From positions 4,390,373 to 4,422,372 of the forward strand of contig NZ_JBEPOK010000001.1 of assembly GCF_040546765.1 (NCBI RefSeq): a DNA stretch of 32,000 nt, given 5' to 3'. Under the pieces are notes generated by a model that was given only the letters and a program-made list of their open reading frames with translations, made no database searches and was not told the origin of the DNA. The stretch is from Arthrobacter sp. OAP107. Lineage in GTDB: Bacteria; Actinomycetota; Actinomycetes; Actinomycetales; Micrococcaceae. The first letter of the stretch is position 1. Each line of letters opens with the position of its first letter. A program made the translations under genes and the position numbers. Of the stretch, positions 25,397 to 32,000 are shown in pieces.

Positions 25397-26674
25397 ATGA
25401 CGCAGCCCGATGCAGACGCCACCCCGCATGCCGCTCCCGCCTCCGCGACGGAATGGGCGCAGCGGGCCGACGAGGCCGCGCGGTCGGTGACGCACATCTT
25501 TGGCCAGCGGCTGTTCTTCCTGCCCGGGACGCACATCGCGGCCACCACCCGCCCCTCCGGCCGGATCGGGAACCTCCGCCGCCCGTGGCACTACTGGTGG
25601 CAGGCGCACTATCTGGACTGCCTCGTGGACACAGGTCTTCGCGAGCTCGGCAAAGCGGGCAGCCCGCCGGCAAAGTTCGACGGCAACACCCGCCCCAGCG
25701 CGGGCCAGCTCGCCTCGCGGCTGGTCACCGGCATCCGGCTGCGGAATTTCCTGACGTACGTCAACCATTACTACGACGACATGGCATGGCTGGCACTGTC
25801 CACGCTCCGGTTGGAGCGGCTGGCCGAAGAGAGCCGCAGGCCCAGCCCCCGCCGGCAGGAGAGAATCCGCAAGAGCCTGACCCTGCAGTTCGACTCGGCA
25901 TCCACGGACGACCTGGGCGGCGGCACGTTCTGGAGCACCAAGCGGGACTTCAAGAACACCCCGGCCACGGCCCCGGTGGCGCTTTACTATGCGCGTACGG
26001 GCAACGCCGCGAGGGCGCAGGCCCTGCTGGACTGGCTGGACGCCCGGCTGTTCGACCGCGCCCGCGGGCTGTACCTGGACGGGATCCGGGTCCGCAGCAC
26101 CGGGGAGACGGTGCTCGAGGACGCCATCTACACCTATAACCAGGGGCCCGTCCTGGGCGCCCTGCTGGAACTCGGCGGCACTGCCAACCTGGAGCGCGCC
26201 GCAACCGTGGTGCGCGCGGTGGCAGCACACCTCACCCTGCCGGATCCCCTCACCGACAGGACAGACGCCGCGAACGGAACAGGCGCCGCCAACAGGACAG
26301 AACCCGCCAACCCCATGGTTCTCCGCTGCGACGGGACCGGCGACGGCGGACTGTTCACCGGCATCCTCACCCGCTACCTGGCGCTGGCCGCGAACGACCA
26401 ACGGCTGCCGCAGGACGTCCGGAGCACTGCCGCCGGGCTGGTCACCGGCACGGCCGATGCCCTTTGGGCCGGCCGCCGGCTCATTGCGGCAGGCGAACCG
26501 CTGGCCCGGCACGGGCAGGCCGGGCGCCCCATCTTCTCTTCGGAACCCCGGCGGCCGGCGGACGGCACGTATCCGCCGGGTGCCGCCGTCGAACTTTCCA
26601 CCCAGCTTCAGGCCTGGCTGGCCCTGGAGGCCGCGGCATCGCTAAAGCCGGCCTCACAGGGACACCATAATTAG
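25397..26674 (+). CDS. Glycoside hydrolase family 76-like protein with no signal peptide
   Basis: WHYWWQAHYLDCLVD, YYDDMAWLALS, GGGTFWS, TPATAPVALYYARTG and IYTYNQGPVLGALLEL resemble GH76 / alpha-1,6-mannanase-fold proteins. Confidence 0.7.
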   Translation: MTQPDADATPHAAPASATEWAQRADEAARSVTHIFGQRLFFLPGTHIAATTRPSGRIGNLRRPWHYWWQAHYLDCLVDTGLRELGKAGSPPAKFDGNTRPSAGQLASRLVTGIRLRNFLTYVNHYYDDMAWLALSTLRLERLAEESRRPSPRRQERIRKSLTLQFDSASTDDLGGGTFWSTKRDFKNTPATAPVALYYARTGNAARAQALLDWLDARLFDRARGLYLDGIRVRSTGETVLEDAIYTYNQGPVLGALLELGGTANLERAATVVRAVAAHLTLPDPLTDRTDAANGTGAANRTEPANPMVLRCDGTGDGGLFTGILTRYLALAANDQRLPQDVRSTAAGLVTGTADALWAGRRLIAAGEPLARHGQAGRPIFSSEPRRPADGTYPPGAAVELSTQLQAWLALEAAASLKPASQGHHN

Positions 26675-26736
26675 GACACGCAACAGTTGCGTAATTGATG
26701 TGATCCTCATCACTTAATGCCTCTGCCGCTTGGTGC

Positions 26737-26755
26737 TTAGGTTTGGCTAACCTAC
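26737..26755. promoter_or_regulatory. IdeR/DtxR-type iron box upstream of the ferric ABC transporter operon
   Basis: TTAGGTTTGGCTAACCTAC matches the 19-bp consensus TTAGGTTAGGCTAACCTAA at 17 of 19 positions. It lies 82 nt upstream of the ATG at 26837. A weaker second site (about 12 of 19) is at 26767-26785. Confidence 0.6.
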
Positions 26756-26836
26756 AGTTTTTCGAGTGAGCTTTGCCTAACTTCCCCAGCTCACAGAGGG
26801 CCTCGCCCACCAGACTTTTTCAGAAAGAAGCACCCG

Positions 26837-27883
26837 ATGAAGATCCGCATCAACGCGCTGGCCGGCATCGCGATCGCCGCCACGGCAGCCCTTGGCCTCT
26901 CGGCCTGCGGCTCCAGCTCCTCCCCCGCTGCCTCGTCCTCCGCTGACGCCTCCAAGGGCGAGATCACGGTCTACAACGCCCAGCACGAAAGCCTGACCAA
27001 GGAATGGGTGGACGCATTCACCGCGGAAACCGGCATCAAGGTGACGCTTCGCCAGGGTGACGATACCGAGATGTCCAACCAGATCGTCCAGGAAGGCGCG
27101 GCCTCACCGGCGGACGTCTTCCTCACCGAAAACTCCCCCGCAATGGCGCAGGTGGAGAACGCCGGCCTGTTTGCCGACGTCAACAAGGACACCGTGGCCC
27201 AGGTCCCGGCGGAATTCCGCCCCAGCACCAACAAGTGGACCGGCATCGCCGCGCGCTCCACCGTCCTGGTGTACGACAAGAACAAGATCTCCGAGGACAA
27301 GCTGCCCAAGTCCATGCTGGACCTGGCCAAGCCGGAGTGGAAGGGCAAGTGGGCAGCCTCCCCCACCGGCGCCGACTTCCAGGCCATCGTCTCCGCCCTC
27401 GTTGAGCTCAAGGGCGAAGCCGCTGCCGAGGCCTGGCTGAAGGGCATGAAGGAAAACTCCACCGCCTACAAGGGCAACAGCACCGCCATGAAGGCAGTGA
27501 ACGCCGGCGAGGTCGATGCCGCGCTGATCTACCACTACTACTACTACGGCGACCAGGCGAAGACCGGCGAGAACTCCAAGAACGTCACGCCGTACTACTT
27601 CAAGAACCAGGACCCGGGCGCGTTCCTGTCCGTCTCCGGCGGCGGCGTGCTGAAGTCCTCGAAGAACGCTGACAACGCCCAGGCCTTCCTGAAGTTCATC
27701 ACCGGCAAGAAGGGCCAGGAGATCCTGCAGAAGGGCACGTCCTTCGAATACGCCATCGCTTCCGGCGTCCCCGCCAACGAGAAGCTGGTTCCCATCAAGG
27801 AACTCGACGCTCCCACCGTGGACCCCGCCAAGCTCAACTCCCAGAAGGTCACCGAACTGATGACCAAGGCAGGACTGCTCTAA
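26837..27883 (+). CDS. Fe(3+) ABC transporter substrate-binding lipoprotein (FbpA/AfuA/SfuA-like)
   Basis: The signal and lipobox region reads [16 protein letters not shown]. Also [11 protein letters not shown]...[13 protein letters not shown] family 1 architecture. A two-domain permease and an ATPase follow. Confidence 0.88.
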   Translation: MKIRINALAGIAIAATAALGLSACGSSSSPAASSSADASKGEITVYNAQHESLTKEWVDAFTAETGIKVTLRQGDDTEMSNQIVQEGAASPADVFLTENSPAMAQVENAGLFADVNKDTVAQVPAEFRPSTNKWTGIAARSTVLVYDKNKISEDKLPKSMLDLAKPEWKGKWAASPTGADFQAIVSALVELKGEAAAEAWLKGMKENSTAYKGNSTAMKAVNAGEVDAALIYHYYYYGDQAKTGENSKNVTPYYFKNQDPGAFLSVSGGGVLKSSKNADNAQAFLKFITGKKGQEILQKGTSFEYAIASGVPANEKLVPIKELDAPTVDPAKLNSQKVTELMTKAGLL

Positions 27884-27887
27884 TTCT

Positions 27888-29480
27888 GTGACCACGCACG
27901 TATCGGCGCCGGAGACTTCCGGAAGCACGACGACGGCGGGCCGGGGCAAGCGCCCCCGCCCGCCTTTCGGCGTTTCCGCAGTAGGCGTCATGGCGATGCT
28001 GATCGCCCTGTTTTCCCTCGTCCCCCTCGGCTACGTCGCGGTGATGACCGCGGCCACGGGCTGGGACACCGCCCTTGAACTGATCGTGCGCCCGCGGGTC
28101 GGCGAGCTGCTGCTCAACACCGTGCTCCTGATTGTGCTCACGGTGCCGCTCTGCCTCGTCCTGGGCGTGGGCGGCGCGTGGCTCGTGGAACGGACCACCC
28201 TCCGCGGGAAGAAGGTGTGGGCCGTGCTGCTTGCGGCCCCGCTGGCCATCCCGGCGTTCGTCAACAGCTACGCGTGGGTTTCCGCCGTGCCGTCGCTGCA
28301 CGGCCTGTTTTCGGGCGTGCTGATCGCCACCCTCTCCTACTTCCCGCTGGTCTATATCCCCGCCGCCGCAACGCTGAGCCGGCTGGATCCCGCCGTCGAG
28401 CAGTCCGCGGCCTCCCTGGGCCTCGGGGCCTGGCGGGCGTTTTTCCGGGTGGTCCTGCCGCAGCTGCGGATCGCAATGACCGGCGGCGCGCTGCTGGTGG
28501 CACTTCACCTGCTGGCCGAGTACGGTGCCTTCGCGATGATCCGCTTTGACACGTTCACCACCGCCATCATGGTGCAGTACCAGTCCACCTTCAACGGCAC
28601 CGCGGGCACCATGCTGGCCAGCGTGCTGGTGTTCTTCTGCCTCCTGCTCCTCCTGGTCGAGGTCCGCAGCCGCGGCACCGCCCGGTACGCCCGCGTTGGC
28701 TCCGGTGTCCAGGCCAGGGCCCTGCGGCTGCCCCTGCACTTCTACCAGGTCCCTGCCCAGCTGGCCCTGCTCGCGCTGACCCTGCTGGCCTTCGGGCTGC
28801 CGCTGCTGTTCGTCCTGCGCTGGATCTTTGCCGGCGGAACGGAAATCTGGGCCGCCGACGAATTCGTTCCGGCCCTGTGGCAGACCCTGCTGTACGGGCT
28901 GGCAGGCGCCGCGGCCACCACCATCGTCGCCTTCCCGATGGCGTACCTGGCCGTCCGGCACGCCGGTTGGTTCAGCAAGGCACTGGAGCTCTCCAACTAC
29001 GTCACCAGCTCCATGCCGGGCATCGTGGTGGCCCTGGCCTTCGTCACCGTCAGCATCCGGCTGCTCCCGAACATTTACCAGACCTCGGGCGTCCTGGTGG
29101 CTGCCTACATCCTCCTCTTCCTGCCGCGCGCGCTGGTGAACATCCGTGCCGGGCTGGCGCAGGCGCCCAAGGAACTTGATGAGGCGGCCCAGGCCCTGGG
29201 AACGCCCCCGCTGCTGTCCTTCATCCGTGTGACGCTCCGGCTCACCGCTCCCGCTGCGGCCGGCGGCGCAGCGCTGGTGTTCCTCGGCATCGCCAATGAA
29301 CTGACCGCCACGCTACTGCTCTCGCCCAACGGAACCCGGACCCTGGCCACCGAGTTCTGGAGCAAGAGCAGCGAAATCGATTACGCCGGCGCGGCGCCGT
29401 ACGCGCTCCTCATGATCGTGATCTCGGCGCCCATGACCTATTTGCTCTTCCAGCAGTCCAAGAAAGTAGCGGGACAGTGA
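27888..29480 (+). CDS. Iron ABC transporter permease, duplicated two-domain type (FbpB/AfuB-like)
   Basis: 530 aa with about 12 hydrophobic segments and two EAA-like loops ([23 protein letters not shown] and [21 protein letters not shown]). GTG start at 27888. Confidence 0.88.
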   Translation: MTTHVSAPETSGSTTTAGRGKRPRPPFGVSAVGVMAMLIALFSLVPLGYVAVMTAATGWDTALELIVRPRVGELLLNTVLLIVLTVPLCLVLGVGGAWLVERTTLRGKKVWAVLLAAPLAIPAFVNSYAWVSAVPSLHGLFSGVLIATLSYFPLVYIPAAATLSRLDPAVEQSAASLGLGAWRAFFRVVLPQLRIAMTGGALLVALHLLAEYGAFAMIRFDTFTTAIMVQYQSTFNGTAGTMLASVLVFFCLLLLLVEVRSRGTARYARVGSGVQARALRLPLHFYQVPAQLALLALTLLAFGLPLLFVLRWIFAGGTEIWAADEFVPALWQTLLYGLAGAAATTIVAFPMAYLAVRHAGWFSKALELSNYVTSSMPGIVVALAFVTVSIRLLPNIYQTSGVLVAAYILLFLPRALVNIRAGLAQAPKELDEAAQALGTPPLLSFIRVTLRLTAPAAAGGAALVFLGIANELTATLLLSPNGTRTLATEFWSKSSEIDYAGAAPYALLMIVISAPMTYLLFQQSKKVAGQ

Positions 29481-30640
29481 CCGAACAATCCCCGTCCAGG
29501 CTTCCGGAACCGCGGATCTCACCGTCCGTGGCGCCAAGCACCAACAGCCACCTGCAGATCGACGCCGTCACCAAAAACTTCGGCTCGCAGGCCGTCCTCA
29601 AGGGCGTTAACCTGGCCGTGGCGAAGGGCGGCACCACCGCGATCGTTGGCCCGTCGGGCTCGGGAAAGACCACCCTGCTGCGGCTGATTGCCGGTTTTGA
29701 ACACCCGGGCACCGGCACCATCTCGCTGAACGGCTCACCGGTGGCGGGCGACGGCGTGTGGCTGCCGGCGCACAAGCGCCACGTCGGCTATGTTGCCCAG
29801 GACGGCGCCCTGTTCCCGCACCTGACCGTGGGGCAGAACATCGCGTTCGGGCTCAGTGCGTCAAAGCTCGACGGCGGCCGGCGCGCGGTTAAGGCCCGGG
29901 TCAGCGAACTCCTCGAGATGGTGTCGCTGGATACTGCCATGGCCAAGCGACGGCCACACCAGCTCTCCGGCGGGCAGCAGCAGCGCGTTGCCCTTGCCCG
30001 GGCGCTGGCCCGCGAGCCCGAACTCATGCTGCTGGACGAGCCGTTCTCCGCCTTGGACGCCGGGCTGCGGGTCGCCACGCGGCGGGCCGTGGCCAAGGTC
30101 CTCAACGAGGCCGGCGTCACCACCATTCTCGTGACCCATGACCAGGCCGAGGCGCTGTCCTTCGCGGACCAGGTGGCCGTCATGCGGGGCGGCAAGCTGG
30201 CGCAGATCGGCAACCCGTTCGTGGTGTACACCCGGCCGGCCGACCGCGCCACGGCAGAGTTCCTGGGCGACGCCGTGATCCTCGATGCGTGGATGGAGGG
30301 TTCGCTGGCTACGTGCTCGCTGGGCGGAATTCCCGTCCGGCGTCCGCCCGCGCAGGGCCGCGTCCAGCTCATGCTGCGTCCGGAGCAGATCCGGATCGCC
30401 GAGGACGGGCCCATTCGCGGCGTGGTGGTGGACACCGACTATTTCGGCCCGGAGACCACCGTGCGGCTCAAGCTCGCCGTGCCGCCCCAGCTGGCCGGCG
30501 CCTTGCCTGACCACCGCTATCCCGGCGGCGGCGAGGTGATCACTATCCGGCACTGGAACGCGTCCATCGCCCAGCCCGGCACCGAGCTCTGCCTGCGCGT
30601 GGTGGGCGAAGCAGTGGCGTTCGCGATCGAGTCTGCCTGA
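29477..30640 (+). CDS. Iron ABC transporter ATP-binding protein (FbpC/PotA-like)
   Basis: Walker [12 protein letters not shown], signature [15 protein letters not shown], Walker B LMLLDEP, and VTHDQ. The GTG overlaps the permease stop (GTGA). Confidence 0.9.
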   Translation: MTEQSPSRLPEPRISPSVAPSTNSHLQIDAVTKNFGSQAVLKGVNLAVAKGGTTAIVGPSGSGKTTLLRLIAGFEHPGTGTISLNGSPVAGDGVWLPAHKRHVGYVAQDGALFPHLTVGQNIAFGLSASKLDGGRRAVKARVSELLEMVSLDTAMAKRRPHQLSGGQQQRVALARALAREPELMLLDEPFSALDAGLRVATRRAVAKVLNEAGVTTILVTHDQAEALSFADQVAVMRGGKLAQIGNPFVVYTRPADRATAEFLGDAVILDAWMEGSLATCSLGGIPVRRPPAQGRVQLMLRPEQIRIAEDGPIRGVVVDTDYFGPETTVRLKLAVPPQLAGALPDHRYPGGGEVITIRHWNASIAQPGTELCLRVVGEAVAFAIESA

Positions 30641-30653
30641 CGGTCCTGTCCGG

Positions 30654-30675
30654 GGCCCCGCGTTCCGCCGGGGCC
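30654..30675. terminator. Short GC hairpin between convergent genes. Weak terminator candidate.
   Basis: GGCCCCG (30654-30660) pairs with CGGGGCC (30669-30675) around an 8-nt loop. No U-tract. Confidence 0.25.
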
Positions 30676-30693
30676 GGCGTGGCCGTTCCCGCT

Positions 30694-32000
30694 TCAGCGT
30701 GCCGTCAGCACGGTGGCCAGCGGGGTGTACTTAAACGACTTCAGCGTCAGCTTCCCGCCGGCCGTGGCGGCGCTGACCGCGGGCTGCCCGGCCTTCGGCA
30801 GCACCACGGAGGTCAAAGTCTGCTCGCCGCCGTTCACAAAGACCTCCACCGAGGAGTAGTCCACGAAGATGGTCAGCTCCGCGGAGCCCCGGCCTGCCGG
30901 GTTGACCGTTGAGCCGCCCGGCGCGCTGCCGTTGCGCGGCCGGCTCTGGGCGCTCCGCCGGTCCGTGAAGAGCGGTCCGAGGGCGTCCGCGCCCGGGACC
31001 ACTGCAGCCCGGCTCACCCACGCCGTGCCCGCCTCGAAGTTGTAGCCGACCGTGGCGTAGTCCGCCCCGCCGTTCCCCAGGTTCAGCAGGGCCTCCGTGC
31101 CGTCGTCGCCCTGACCCCGTTCCAGGGTCACATCCAGCCGGTACGCTCCGCTTGCGGGCGCGGGAAGCCCGCCGGCACCCTCCGGGGTGAGCGCCCTGCT
31201 GCCTACCGTCCTGGCTTCGCCGTCCAGCGCTGACAGGGCCGGCGTTGGCGTGGAGACGAGCGTGGGCCGGCCCTGCACGGTTTTCAGCCGGATGTCCCGG
31301 ACGATCGAGTCGGCGCCGCCCTGCCAATCGGTGGTGGGCAGCTGACGGGCGTACGTCCAGTTGTTCATCCAGCCGATGGCGTGGCGGGACGCCATCCGTT
31401 CGTTTTCCGGGAGCCGGGGATCGTCCCAGGTGACGGCGGCATAAAAGTCCGCGCCGGCGTCGAGCCACTGGTGTTTGTCATCCGCAGGGGTGAACCTGGT
31501 CCCGTCAAAGGTCCCGGTCCAGTAGGCCACCCCGGTGGTCCGTCCTTCGGCTGTGCCGTTCGCGCTGGCCGCCAGAACCCAGGTGCGTTTGGCGGGATCG
31601 CCGTCGACGTCCAGCTGGAAGAGGTCGGGGCATTCGAGGATCCCCAGGCCCTTCCGCTCGAAACCGGACGCGTAGCGCCAGTCCTTGAGGTCCTTCGAGG
31701 TGTACAGGCCGATCTTCTCCCCCTCGGCCAACGCCATGACCCACTGTCCGTGGGCCTGGTCGCGGATGATCTTGGGGTCGCGCCAGTGCTGCGCGCCGGG
31801 GTTGTCCATGGCCGGATTCCCGTCGGCGGCCTTGAAGGTGTAGCCCTTGTCCGTGGAGTAGAACAGCGACTGCCGCTGCACACCCTTGTCCTGCTGGGTC
31901 AGGACGGCGACGACAGCACCCTTGCCGAAGCCGGCCGTGTTGTCCTGGTCCACCACGGCACTCCCGGTCTCAATGTCCCCGAGGCCGTTCTTGAACTTCT
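30694..32000 (-). CDS. Glycoside hydrolase family 32 (levanase / beta-fructofuranosidase). The N-terminus lies beyond the window edge.
   Basis: The reading frame stays open to nt 31998 (…KFKNGLGDIETGSAVVDQDNTAGFG). Motifs seen: WRDPK (the RDP motif), ECPDLF (the catalytic EC motif), and a C-terminal beta-sandwich (LTIFVDYSSVEVFVNGGE). The WMNDPNG block must lie upstream of this window. Confidence 0.85.
   Translation of the reverse strand, partial: KFKNGLGDIETGSAVVDQDNTAGFGKGAVVAVLTQQDKGVQRQSLFYSTDKGYTFKAADGNPAMDNPGAQHWRDPKIIRDQAHGQWVMALAEGEKIGLYTSKDLKDWRYASGFERKGLGILECPDLFQLDVDGDPAKRTWVLAASANGTAEGRTTGVAYWTGTFDGTRFTPADDKHQWLDAGADFYAAVTWDDPRLPENERMASRHAIGWMNNWTYARQLPTTDWQGGADSIVRDIRLKTVQGRPTLVSTPTPALSALDGEARTVGSRALTPEGAGGLPAPASGAYRLDVTLERGQGDDGTEALLNLGNGGADYATVGYNFEAGTAWVSRAAVVPGADALGPLFTDRRSAQSRPRNGSAPGGSTVNPAGRGSAELTIFVDYSSVEVFVNGGEQTLTSVVLPKAGQPAVSAATAGGKLTLKSFKYTPLATVLTAR

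Noticed and set aside
26678-26692. The 15-nt perfect palindrome ACGCAACAGTTGCGT just after the GH76-like stop, plus GTGAT-CCTC-ATCAC downstream
   Set aside because: It could be a terminator stem or an operator, but the stem is short and lacks a U-tract. I cannot distinguish these options from sequence alone.
1-32000. A search for CRISPR arrays, tRNA or rRNA genes, insertion sequences, integrases or prophage genes
   Set aside because: None was found. All repeats seen are short (about 20 nt or less, in two to four copies) and lack spacer architecture. No transposase or recombinase motifs appear in any frame.

Overview
This is a GC-rich segment with GC-rich third codon positions and many long antisense shadow ORFs. 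It looks actinobacterial, possibly Micrococcaceae, though that placement is only an inference. I found no tRNA or rRNA genes, CRISPR arrays, transposases or integrases.

The core of the window (about 5.3-15.8 kb) is a [NiFe]-hydrogenase locus of the group 1h/5 'high-affinity, atmospheric-H2' type. The gene order is hypA, hypB, hhyS, hhyL, an HhyE-like Fe-S protein, four further genes of unknown function (one an unlisted 39-codon micro-ORF), the maturation endopeptidase, hypC, and a disordered acidic ORF. A DUF6390-like gene lies convergent to this set.

The main observation is that the large-subunit gene hhyL is out of frame. An extra C in a C-run (9600-9603) sits between the two C-terminal Ni-Fe cysteine codons of the DPCLPCGVH motif. 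The remaining 26 codons and the stop (9604-9684) are intact in the +1 frame.

Flanking genes are:
- a partial MocR-type aminotransferase
- an ArsR/SRPBCC pair
- an RluA-family pseudouridine synthase
- a macro-domain protein
- a DedA-family protein
- a FecBCD-type ABC importer
- PEP carboxylase
- a DUF1684 protein
- an SDR/acyl-CoA dehydrogenase pair
- a GH76-like protein
- a ferric-type ABC importer preceded by a good IdeR/DtxR iron box
- a partial GH32 fructosidase

Several short intergenic repeat arrays and palindromes are reported as candidate regulatory sites. All homology statements come from motif recognition by eye. No database search was run.
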